A DNA stretch of 64,000 nucleotides from Balanoglossus misakiensis. Lineage: Eukaryota > Animalia > Hemichordata. The notes beneath the pieces are model-generated. The model saw only the letters and a list, made by a program, of their open reading frames with translations, made no database searches and was not told the origin of the DNA. The stretch covers positions 7,562,849 through 7,626,848 of the forward strand of contig CM082583.2 of NCBI GenBank assembly GCA_040954595.2, written 5' to 3'. Positions within the stretch are counted from its first letter, which is position 1; each line of letters opens with the position of its first letter. Made by a program: the position numbers and the translations under genes. Shown in pieces: positions 1 to 12,283 of the stretch.

Positions 1-16
1 TTTTTACATCACTTAC

Positions 17-47
17 CCCGGCACACAGAATGTGTGGAAGACGCCAT
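17..47 (-). CDS. Probable first coding exon (MASSTHSVCR-G) of a gene that continues beyond the left edge, head-to-head with TUBGCP4
   Basis: Minus strand reads ACC ATG G (strong Kozak), then 31 nt open, then a consensus donor G|GTAAGT. Too short to identify the product. Confidence 0.45.
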
Positions 48-479
48 GGTCGACAGTGTAGGGGCAGTTCAATGTTCCAAGTCCAAACCACAATTTTTAT
101 TTCTCCAAATTATCACTCGTAGAACAATTACGCGGCAGGCAAATAACGGACTGAAACCTGACCAGGAAATGGATTATGTAAACGATCATGTGATTAAGAA
201 ATAAACCGTATGATGTCATATTTGTCGGAAGCAAACAATGACAAACAAACATTAACATTACTGAGTCGTGTATACTAGTATGTCGTACATTATTTATCAT
301 GATCATGTACATATCAGATTACCACAATGAGTAGAACTCTAACTGTACTTACAGCATATACAACGTTGTACCTGTATCTTGATCAGACGGAAATATAATG
401 TTTCGCCAAAGGAAACGGCTGTTAAACTTCAACACGGGCGCTCGAACCCTGTATCGAAATCATCATTGCCATAATCACG

Positions 480-660
480 TGTGCGGAAGGGGATTCCCCC
501 TGACGTCATGCATAGAACCCAAAGTGGGCTCTGATTGGTCAAGCTCCAGCCGCCATTTTCGACACTGGGAAAGGGGGAATACCTCCCACCATCGTGTGTA
601 AACTTTCTCGTTTCCACAACAACCGTTGGAAATAGCTGAAGAGCCTTGTATATAAATGAC
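480..660. promoter_or_regulatory. Promoter of TUBGCP4, probably bidirectional
   Basis: kB-like palindrome GGGGATTCCCC (489-499), CRE TGACGTCA (501-508), inverted CCAAT CTGATTGG (531-538), YY1-like CGCCATTT (551-558) and TATATAAA (649-656), just before ATG 666. Confidence 0.5.
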
Positions 661-665
661 TGAAA

Positions 666-3600
666 ATGTTGCATGAATTGCTTTTGGCGCTGAGTGGTTT
701 CCCTGGAAGTATATTCATTTACGAAAAAACGAAAGGTATCCAGGTGAGATATAATGTACCTGCTCGATCGCGATCGAACTCTTACTTATTCTTGCCAGGC
801 GAAATACATCTCTGCCCGGCCGGTCATAGTGTGCCAAAGCCTTCAGTTTACTTCAGTGCAGTGAATTTTACCATACTGCATGCATGTTTTCTTGTGACAG
901 GCCACGATACCAACCAAACGCAATCCCAAAACATGAACGACATCAAAATATATAACGGGTAAAACTTGTGGTAACATGCTCCATGTTTCTAGTAACCGTG
1001 ATCTGAGCATGCTGTCTAGTCTAGACTATTTTGATGTGTCTGGCGCATCCCTGCCTCACAGAGAGCACGGGTAGAAAAACTGATCTCCTTTCAATTACAA
1101 GTTAACTTTCTATGAAGACTGCACAATTACACGGGTTATTTGAAACTGCCACACACAATACACTATACATGTACTAAGTCCATATACTTCAAGACAATAG
1201 TACATGTACATGTATATTGGTGTATTTTCAGGTGGTACGTGATTTACCATTCATACATAGAAGTGAAGTTGATCTCCTGAATAGAATTTGCCGTCTTGGC
1301 ACCTACTACAAGAAGTTTCAAGAATTCATCAAGACCTACAGGGGTACACCAACCTTGTTTGAAAACAACACAGCAAAAGGTGGGTGACAGTAATTATTCA
1401 CACAAAAAATCAAATATCACAGCTTAACCAGTACACAAACACTTTATTCATATGCATATGATCATTACTAAAGTTATTTATTTGTTATTGAAAGGGGAAC
1501 ATAATCTGAGTTTTAAACCATCCAGCATAAAAATTTTTCCTTTGAAATTGTATTTCAGTTAATGAAAACAGAAGATTGCAAGATGGTATTTACTTGAGGG
1601 GACTGTGTAGTGGGCTTGACAAAGTGTTGGAGCCCTACAGACAGGATCTATTAGATGTGGAAAGACAGGTAAACCACGCCTACAAAAAGTCTGCTCTGAG
1701 TTGAACCAGCAGTGAGAACGCGTGTGTATGTCCTGAATGTGTATATTACCAAGTGGATATAACTAAGTGTTGCTCATAGGGTTATTAGCACATTCTTTTA
1801 AAAAAGTCATTATATTTCTCCTGTCAGATTCTCCAAGATCCCCACCTCACAATTGCATTTATTCAAGAGCGCTTGGAAAAATATCAGTCCCTGTTTCCAG
1901 CCCTGGCGACTGTCCTCGATCAAATCCTGTACCACAAAGTTCATGGCTGTCACATTTTAGAAATCATTCACCGTAACGCTGCGTGTGGTCTCCCATCGTT
2001 AAAACAGGCGTTGGAAAGGTAAGTATCAACTATTTTAAAACCCGGAATACTAGTAGTAAATATATACATTTTTGAAATCAAAGTAAGACGATCTTGATTT
2101 CTAAGAATTGGTAGTTGTAACTTTATAGTGTGATCAAATGGAATGTGCTGTAAGTCACACTGAAGTAGTGTTTTTTATGTTGAAAAAGTCGACACACTGC
2201 AGTATCTGTATCCTACCCATGGAAATTTGACCCGAGTAGCTTCTCCTGAGTGAAAACAATGTCTTTTCTTTGACTATGACAGGATTCTGTTCACCTGCCA
2301 TGGCATCCTGTACAAGCAGCTGACAGCCTGGATGTTACACGGACTCTTACTCGACCACTACAGCGAATTCTTCATCCAAGAGAGCGTCGACAGCACTCCC
2401 AGTACGCCGAAGCAAGAAGACGACGAGGTGGACCTGGGCATTGGCGGAGTTACCGGCAAACAACTTCGAGAAGCCATGGTAATGAGATTTTCTGGATTTT
2501 TCTCTGAACATTATATCTTACAGGTGTTTTTGCTATGCCAAAAATGTGACATGGTGGCCATAGTTAGATAAAGGTGATTTTCCCTGCCCACTTGTATGTA
2601 CTGTAAATGTAAGATTAACATTGTTGCGCAATGCTTAAAGGTATACAGTCACCTCCAATTTACATACGCCCATATACGGCTGAAATGGCATATTTGTGCG
2701 TTCTAAAGAACATATGGTGGCGCTCTTTTTTTCGCGTGTACCACCCACTGAAAATCTGTGATTGGCTAGATCTCAATCTGCCATGGTAACTATAGATAAT
2801 TTTCCATAGGTGACCGTATACCTTTAACACCATGTGTCTCGTTTGACAGAAACTAGCCACAGAGCCTTTCACCACAAGCCGACACGAGTACCAGTCTTTC
2901 TCCCTTCGGGCACAGATGCTGCCCAGCTACATACCAACCCGGCTGGCAGAAAAAGTCCTCTTCATCGGTGAATCTGTGCAGGTCTTTGAGAATCAACAGC
3001 AGGGCAATCTACTACGGCATACAGGTTGGCATGTCTGACCACTTCTGCGTCAGAGTTGTTTTTCAGTTGATTTCACCAATTTCTAATTAAAACACCTCCA
3101 AGTAGATGTCTTGCCTTGTTGTAGTTCTCAAGAGACAGTATCTGAAAATGTAACTACCATATATTATGATGCATCCCCCAAGTTATAACAGATTGAACAA
3201 CAAAAATCAATCAACACGCACAGTTAAATGACATGTTACATTTTCTGAAAAATTCTAAAATTGGAGCGAAACATTGCGTTTTCTGATGCATATAAATGCA
3301 ACCTTCTTTTCTAGGGTCCATTCTGAAGGATAGAGAAGAAGAATTTGCCAAAGAACTCGTCAGGCTCCAACAAGAGCATGTATTCTGTCTGATGTCATTT
3401 GAAGCTGTGATTGATACAATCAGGGCCTGTGTGGCAGAGGTGGGTGATTTCTGAAACGGAAATTGTATGGGAGTAACGGTTATTACATGTGGTGCCCCTG
3501 ACATAGCGTGATTATATATTTTGTCTTTCGGAGATGTCAAACCTGTCTAATAAAGTTTAATATTTTAAACTTCTTGTTAATTTGCATTGCAGCATCTATG

Positions 3601-6197
3601 GAAACTGGTGGTTGAAGAATCGGAACTGATTGGTAATCTGAGAATTCTGAAAGATTTCTTTCTCCTTGGGCGTGGTGAGCTGTTCCTTGCGTTTATCGAT
3701 CAGGCTAAAGGGTTACTGAAACTTCCTCCAACAATGACAACTGAGCATGGTAAGAAAATGTGGTCAAGTGACGTAACGTAACATAATGAATATGCACTTG
3801 CAAGAAATCAAAGAGGTACTACCAAACCAGAGTGTCGTGTTATTCAGATAAACATTAAATTGCTTGTCTGCCATTGGACAGTATACATTTTCACAAAGAC
3901 GCAGTGAAAAATTGATACCTATATATATAAATGTAAGAATCCATTATTGTATGTCTGACTGTAGATGTGAATGCAGCCTTCAAACAAGCAGCCCGCAAAG
4001 TACTTCTCGAAGACGACACATTCCTATCCAAATTTAGGATGTCAGTGGATCACAAGACTATGTTCAAATCGTCTTCCAAGAGTGAGTATGTCTCTATTGA
4101 TATGTCTCCAATAATGCAATGGATGACTCAGAAATTCTTCACACTGTCATCATTTGACAGCTAGAATACAAAGTTGGAATTCTTAGTAAATTAATCTTAT
4201 GGTATGTCTACTTTGCATCATTTAGAATCAGAATCTGAAACGGGTGCACATTCTAAGGCTGCTGTTACCGAGAGTGGCTGGCATTATCTGGGTTTGGTGT
4301 ACACAGTGGAATGGCCCTTGCATATTCTTCTCACAAAGTCTGTTCTTGAAAAGTAAGTCTTTTTGTTACGTTTTGTTTTTGATGTTTTTTCCCCATAATA
4401 ATGTATCCACTTTAGGGGAGGCTGCAAATTTAATTGTGATAGTTTACTGTTAGTTAGTTGGCTGACACAATGTGCTGCTACTTCTTTGATAAATTTCCTA
4501 TGGTCAAAATGTCATGGCTTTTATTCATCGCAGATACAACACCATGTTCAAATTTCTCCTGAACGTGAAGAGAGTTCAGTTGGAGCTGCAACAGTGCTGG
4601 GCCATCCAGATGCAGAGAAAACGACACAAGATGGACGAGGCACACAGCAACATCTCTCATCTGAGAAGACACATGGCTTTTCTTATCGACAATTTACAGT
4701 ATTATCTGCTGGTATGTAATTTCCCTCATGTACTACAGTATATTCCACGTCGTATAGTACAGAGTATTACAAGTCACTGTTCAGGAGAAATCTTGTAGGG
4801 TTTCGTAGGTTTAACAAATGTTTGCACTGTGCCTCTTGTTTCCCCTTGACAGGTGGACGTCTTGGAGACGCAGTTTAGTCAGCTCCTGGAGAAGATCAAC
4901 ACCACAAGAGATTTTGAAACCATTCGTCTGGCCCATGATCACTTCCTGACTTCTCTTCTTGGACAGTCATTTCTACACATGAAACCTGTGAGTAACTCCA
5001 AATGTGTCAACGTGACCTGTGTTTTAGATTCTGAGCAGTTTGTGAGATGCGATTTCTTTCATTCTTTGCCCATTTCTTTGCCTACTTCTACATAGCAGGA
5101 AGAATTACTTGCCTCCAAATCAAAGTTCTCTCTTTTTTTCTGTGTATGCCACTGTATTGTAGAGACAAAAAATTATAGCATGTAAATGTATTATTTCATG
5201 AAAATTACATATTTTCAATTTTTTTATGTGTGTCAATTACTTTGCAGGTTGCCCACTGCCTGAAAGAAATCTTGGATATTTGTTTCTCATTCTGTACACT
5301 ACTAACCCAGACACACACATTGACTGAGAGAGAGATTACTCAGGTGGATAAACTTGCCCAGGTAAACACAAATACGTCAGCCATTTCAATCTCCTACCGG
5401 TTGTGTGACATCATAGTTCACCAGGAGGTCAGGGTGGGTAAATGACTGACAATCTCTTGCCTCGGAGACTCAAAGCTTTTAAAAATTACGTTAATGTTAG
5501 AGGGCACATTGATGATGCCAAGTCATCGACGAATGAAAATCTGAACAAAAGCATCAACTGAATTGTCGACTGAGGGCGCTATTCGGCATGTGAACACAAC
5601 AGAGACAGAGTAATTGCAGATTTTCACGAAAATGCACAATCTGTATATTTACCTGGTAACAGCTTGGAGCTACTCTCTGAATATTCCAGCTCACCACTTT
5701 GCTCTAAATTCATGACCTAAGTTTGTATCAAGCTGTGACCACTGTTTATGTCACCAATATAACAATGGGCCACTAAATAACCCTAACTCCATTTGAAAAA
5801 CTTACTTTTTTATTAAAATTTAAGATGCTGATTTTTTGTTCGTTTTTTTATAGAATTTTAAGAGGCAGTCCTCACTTCTGTTCACAATATTATCAAGTGT
5901 TCGAAGCCACGAATCCAGTCCCTTCCTGGCTCAGTTGATGTTACGAATTGATTTCAACAAGTACTTCAGCCAAGCTGGAGATGTTCTCAGCAGGTGAGAA
6001 GAGAAAACAGTTTCTTCATCCACATAATCTGTGTTGACAGTATCGATAAGGAATGCCATATTTACCTATATGTGAATTAATTTGTCTCTGGCCGGCTGAC
6101 CCTGTTATACCAGCAAGATTTTTATTGTTCATTTTGTGTTTCTCATCACAGTGGAACAGCTGGAGGGGCCGTGCCATATGGAGTTGGTGGAATCTGA
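666..6197 (+). CDS. TUBGCP4: Gamma-tubulin complex component 4, about 15 coding exons
   Basis: Spliced translation gives MLHELLLALSGFPGSIF, YKQLTAWMLHGLLLDHYSEFFI, LKDFFLLGRGELFLAFID, LIDNLQYYL-VDVLETQFSQLL and LAQLMLRIDFNKYF, all GCP4 motifs. Introns are GT-AG and keep phase. Last exon 6152-6197 (…GVGGI*); AATAAA at 6404. Confidence 0.93.
2635..2827. mobile_element. 185-bp non-autonomous DNA transposon (MITE) with TTAA target-site duplication, Kolobok-like, in a TUBGCP4 intron
   Basis: TTAA|AGGTATACAGTCACCT…AGGTGACCGTATACCT|TTAA, a 16-bp TIR with 1 mismatch. A partial second copy lies at 43146-43239. Confidence 0.8.
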
Positions 6198-7074
6198 GAG
6201 CAGCTATCAGCCCATTGCATTGTGCTGTTTATACGTGTTACAAAATGGAGTTTAGACACTGCTGATGACAACGATCTCCAAGAATTGCAAGTGTCCTTTA
6301 AGGAGAGGGTGTCGTCAAAATTGAAATTATGCAGATAATTTCACTTTGATGTCTTTCTTTTTTGTTAGTTTCTCTTATATGAATTGCCAGTTAAAATGAA
6401 TTTAATAAAAATGCCTCTGTGTGATTTAATTGTGGCTCGCCCTGAGAGAAGAGAGAAGATCTCTTATTAATGTTGAGGTCCCTGGTTCCACCTATTTGTT
6501 CGAAGTGGAAAATGATGAGGCAGACAGACTCGGTAAATTGAAATTGGCGAATCAGTATCAGCTTGATTGTGCTCATCAACCTTCCGAATAATCGGTCATT
6601 TTTGCCCAATTTCAGAGTTGACATTTCAGTCGTAGATTTTTCTGTAAAATGGGAGAAATAGAGATGATTCATATAAAATGTTTCATTGCGCAGATGCTTC
6701 GCAATGAAAACACGTATAATATCATAACCATTTGTACGGACGATTAGAAGTTGCTATGACGACGAAATACTGGGTTATAACTGACAACATGAGACGTTGT
6801 TTCACCCCAGGGTTCTCTTGACAAATATGAGGAAACAAGCATGAAAACATTTAGCGATGTTTTTACTGATTTGGTTAAGTACATAATCGCACAAAAATGA
6901 TGAGCACATCCAACAGAGTGAATTGGTCTGTCGTTAATCAGTGGTTTGACGACGCACATTTCATGACATGCGGCCACAGATGGTCTTATCATATCATATC
7001 ATTTTAAATCCTCATGAACACAGTTTCCTGGGTGACCAGCTTTCAATCGATTGTCTCTCTATTGGCTGAAAACA

Positions 7075-9479
7075 ATGAAAGTCTTCGCGTTACTTCTGGT
7101 CTTTCTCCAACTACCCAGATTGGTTTCAGGTATATCGCAAAAACCACATATCATTTACATTCTTGCCGATGATTTGGGGTTCTTCGATGTCAGCTATCGC
7201 GACGGGTCGGTTGTCAAAACGCCGAATATCGACCGACTAGCCGCGGAAGGAGTCAAACTGGAAAGATTTTACGTGCAGCCGTCTTGCATGCCATCCAGGA
7301 GTTGTCTTATGATGGGACGATATCAGGTATTCGCTCATTTGCTTGTGTGGTGTTAATTGTTTTTCAAAGAAGGTCATAATTGACTGACTGTCTTAATTAT
7401 AATTCATTTTCCTGAAGATTCAAGATGGCGGCAATCCTTTCGCATATTACGTGACAGTTCTACACATTTTACGCAGTACACATGCATATGTTGTGTTCTT
7501 TTAGTCGGAATACGAAATTCATGCAACCGTTATCCCAAATGTTACTTATAACCACATAAACACGTCGTTCCAGAGTCGGGTGACCGTTAACGGCACGGAT
7601 TTGTTCGACATATACTTTTTTAGGGATTATGAATTCGGTTGCCATGCCCACAGACGACCATTGTCTCTATAAAGAATGTGGGCAACACTTGAAACTAATG
7701 TCAAAAACTGTGCGGATGGGGAATCGCCAAAATACGCCATATATGTTTTTGTGGAACTTACACACGTGTCAAGTATGTTTTCCAAACTCTACCAGTCCAA
7801 AAACCATCAAATCGAAACTTTTTGCATTATTAATCGGCAGATTCACACAGGTTTTGACTACCGTTGTGTGAGCGGTGAAAGAGTCCGGTTCTGTATGGCG
7901 CCAGACACGGTCACCTTGCCGATGAAGATGAAGGAGAATGGTTACAAAACAACGATGATTGGAAAGTGGCATCTCGGGCACGAACGCAAAGAATGCGTCC
8001 CCACCAACAAAGGATTCGATAGTTTTTTCGGTGAGTAAAGGCGATGATGGCAATGACACTGTAAATGATGTCGATATAGGACCAGTCGACAACATCATCG
8101 TCCTCGTGTGGTCAAACGATGACAATTTACACATTAAAACACATTAAAGTGACTTTTTTATTCAAACTGATGGCTGTTATCCTCTACATACTTATAAAAC
8201 GGACGCGGGTCTCGAATTAACTATTTTTCTTTTTCCAGGTTACCACGCAGCAGCTGAAGACTATTACACTCACAGATTGGGGGTTGGTCGCCCAATGTGT
8301 CGGGATTTGTGGAGAAACTTGGACATTGTGGCCGATAATTACACTAATCAATACTCGACGCATTTATTTACGCAAGAAGCCCAACAAATAATTAGGGACC
8401 AGAACCCAGAAGAGGTACGTCACATGATTAGTCTTGTTCCCTTCCTCAATTCTGACGCTGGCTGTACTACCTGGAGGCTACCACGCACCCCCTCCTTTTA
8501 TTTCAGTGGCTGTTTATTAGAGAATCATTATTTTTAATCATTTTGTTTCTGTCCATGGTGATCAGCCTCTATTCATGTACCTAGCCTACCAAGCTGTACA
8601 CGGACCTCTTCAAGTTCCGCAGGAGTACTACAACATGTACAAAGGAGAGAACATCGACGTCATAAGAAGGACATACGCTGCTATGGCAACGTGCATGGAC
8701 GAAGGGATCGGCAACTTGACTAAAACCTTGAAAGAAGCCGGACTTTGGAATAACACGATTCTGGTATTCTCTTCAGGTAATCAAGATTTCGTTGCGTTGT
8801 GAGGGGCAACAGCGAGGGTCTTTGTACCAGCCTGATTCCCTGACCCAATTTTGTGGTCCGGTATGTGCCGCTCATTTTGCCTAGATTCTGGGTAAATTGG
8901 ACGTTGCGTGCATGACGTCAAACTCGGGACGTCACTGCCGTTGACACTGGTAGGCTACTTTCGTGGTCGACGGTCAAGGAACCACACCATAGTCTAGCAA
9001 TGGACATTTTGATGCTTTTTGTTCCCGTCATCTTCTTAACAGATAACGGCGCCCAGTTTCACACTGGCGGACGAAACTGGCCCTTGAGGGGCGGGAAAGG
9101 CACCAACTGGGAAGGAGGTATCAGGGTGGTTGCCTTCGTGGCGAGCCCTCTATTGGCAAAACCAAAACGAACATCCCACGAACTGATACACATTACCGAC
9201 TTGCTGCCGACCTTCGTACATCTTGCCGGTGGGACGGTGGGGAACATGGCTCTAGACGGTGTTAATGTGTGGAAAACAATCAGGTATAGCATTAGTTTCT
9301 TTTCTTTCCTTTTTATCCACGTCTTGTGATAAATCGTGATTGATATTTCTATAGCGTTTTCATCTAGTTAAGATAACACCCGAAGAGGCTATGGATAATA
9401 TGGATAAAGACAACGGCACATTTTCGATTAAGCTTGAATAGCTGTCGAAGTATACAAACGAATACAACTGTAAATGCAT

Positions 9480-9518
<39 letters not shown>

Positions 9519-9529
9519 CTCGCTCCACC

Positions 9530-9561
<32 letters not shown>

Positions 9562-10393
9562 CTCCTTCCCCATAGTGAGGGTACACCCTCACCGAGGAAA
9601 GAACTGTTAGTGCACATCAGTCCCACTATTTCCATGCAAAACGAGGGCACCGAGGCTTGGTACACGAACAACTTCTTCGACATCTCAACTGCTGCTGCCA
9701 TTATCATGGGCAAATGGAAACTGGTCACAGGACAGTATAGTCAGTATAAACTATGTAATCTGTCTGATCTTTTACGAGAGATTCCACAGAATCCCAATGA
9801 CAGTTACAATTACGGCAGTTTAATTAAAGTCGAGTAAAATTTGAAAGAGAAAGTCCTAGCCTCCTGATCGAAAGGTAGTGATCTATAATATGAAGCTATC
9901 AGCATTGGTGGTCTTGTTGTTGCCCGTACATAACACTGCGTCAATTGGTACAAATTAACATTTGAAAGTGGTTTGTGTCTATTTATTCTCTTGCTCAAAT
10001 CGATTTCAAAGATGCGGGGATACAAAAAGTTCTGGTATTAAAATATGTGTCGTTTCTGTTACATAACTGTATGTAATTCTATAACGTGTACTTTGTCCTC
10101 CTGTCTTCCCAGGATCGCCCAAAACATGGGTGCCACCACCTGAGTACCACAGACCGGAAGAGCAAATATCGCCACCAGCGACAGAAAAGAAAGGGAAAAT
10201 GCTGTGGTTGTTTAATCTCGACCAAGACCCAAATGAGGAACACGACCTATCGGCCTACCGACCTGACATTGTGGTACGATTTCTGAAGAAACTGAGAAAG
10301 TATCAGACAGAATCCGTTTACTGCACTGGCCTTACGGGTCAATCACCATCATGCAAACAACGAGGTGATATGTGGGGACCATCTGATCTGTGA
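7075..10393 (+). CDS. Arylsulfatase B/I/J-like (S1 formylglycine sulfatase), tandem copy 1, 7 coding exons
   Basis: Signal peptide [13 protein letters not shown], then [13 protein letters not shown], catalytic CMPSR (CxPxR), [34 protein letters not shown] and [15 protein letters not shown]. Exons approximately 7075-7326, 7841-8030, 8239-8414, 8566-8776, 9043-9284, 9576-9739 and 10113-10393. Confidence 0.9.
9483..9560. repeat. (CT)n/(CTGT)n microsatellite acting as the polypyrimidine tract of a sulfatase intron
   Basis: Seen directly; ends just before acceptor CATAG at 9571-9575. Confidence 0.9.
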
Positions 10394-11102
10394 ACAAATT
10401 TTAAAGACTGTCTTTTTTTCACAAAGTTATTTCTTCCATATGTATATGAAAGCTCGGGCAAATACAATAAGTCTAACGTCGATCCATATTCCACTCTCCG
10501 TCATTTGATTTTCGACGAAAATACTTCATTTTATAGACTTTGTTATACTTTTGATCGGTATAAAACATACAGATGGAATGAACACCAACACTCATATTAT
10601 GTGCCAAAAGAGTGATGTTTATTAATTGTATATGACAAACGCATATGGCGATGTTTTCCTGGTTTGGATGACTTGGTCGGGCACGTGGTCGCACAAAAAT
10701 CAGTGTACAAATCCACGCAAATCACAAGGTATACTTAAAGTGGAACGTTGTGATCCGTTTTTGAGCCAATTCTGCGAAATGCGATTAAAAAGTACTATGA
10801 AAAACGTTGGTTTCATTCACTTTCACTTACGCATAACAGAGCTACAGTCAGCCAAAAACTGCGCGAACCCGGAAGTGAGTGACGTCAGCAACTCGTTGGA
10901 GCGAGCTTATGCTTATACACGCCTGCACTCACGCGACCGACGACGTTAGCATGGCAACATATTCTCGGGTAGTAGGCTACAATTTTGAACCAGAGATTCC
11001 CTTCTACGACCAAGCGACTGAATTTTACAGAGGACAAAAGTTCATGCAGTTCTGATCTCCGATGTGTCCCGTTTGTCAAGGCTTACACTTGGTGTGGTTT
11101 CA

Positions 11103-11136
11103 GTGAAACCATAGACCCTAGAGTCTATGGTGAAAC
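11103..11136. mobile_element. 20-bp transposon remnant or footprint with 7-bp direct repeats (P-superfamily-like termini)
   Basis: GTGAAAC|CATAGAC-CCTAGA-GTCTATG|GTGAAAC. Confidence 0.6.
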
Positions 11137-12283
11137 AGACTAGACAATGCTGCAATTAAACAATACCCTCCCTCGTTGTCTCTCCCTCGTTGTCACCTTT
11201 TCGAACCACTTTTCTTACAAAAATACTTAGTCACCTTTTATGGAGTTGAAAAGAACGCAGGTGCATCGTCCTGCTCTCCAGGTGTAGTACGTCCGTAGTA
11301 TAATGGAAGCCAATACTATAGTTATTGTATGCATGTTTCGTCTCTTGAAATGTATTAAAACTGCCCTTTTTAGTTGCTTTCATTTGATAACTATGCGATC
11401 GTCAATAAATGGAAATTAAACCCAAATACGTGTACCAAAAAACGTGCAGGAAGGATTTAAAACGGTACGTTTATTATTATCAGCGGCAGTTAGAACAACT
11501 TTGTATAGGCCTTACGGTTTGTTCATAAACGTCGACATGCATGGCATCATGGACATTGCAGGGTCTATGTCTGCACGCATCGACAAATACAATACACGAA
11601 GAGCATTGCCTTTGAAAGAAACTTATCCCCGTCGATTTTCCGAATATGTTTTTAAAATCATGAACTTGACATTTCGCCATGTCAGATCCGCGCAAAGTGT
11701 GTCTGTTTATTGGAAATGACACGTCGAACGTGTAAGTTGCTGACGTCACTGTAGTATTTTCAACGGGCGTCTTCTGCTTGCGCAGGAAGTGAAAGTGAAT
11801 TAACCCATCGGAACGTTGCCGTTTTTGACACCCGGTTTGTACTTTGAAGCCCAAAATTGAGGGTGTCGTTCCACTTTAACTTGCATATTGTCGTTTCGGT
11901 CGAATGTTAACGCACGTGTCGCCATTACAATCCGCAGTCGGAATTTGATACCAACGAACAAAATCTCAGTTTCCCGGGTATCAGCCTTCGAATCCTGGTT
12001 CTTTCACGCGTTCGTGTGGCTATGCATCAAACACCGTGAGGTTTTAGAGTGGTTCGAACCACTAGAGCACGTACTTAAAGACATACCATGGAGCTACCAC
12101 AGATGGGGTTAGTTTCGTGCTTGTACATAACTTGCTGGTATATGTGATTTATAGCGTCACCCATGACAACCGTGCGCCACATATGGTTAGTCCTATGAAC
12201 AAATTTAAAATTCTAGTGTATTTCATGCTTTCATAGCCTTGGTGCCTTTCAGTGGGACATTTTCTCTCCATCAGCCGAAAACA

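Noticed and set aside
5509-5575. TGATGA…CTGA pattern suggesting an intronic C/D snoRNA in TUBGCP4
   Set aside because: No terminal stem and no recognisable rRNA guide; an Infernal/snoscan hit would be needed.
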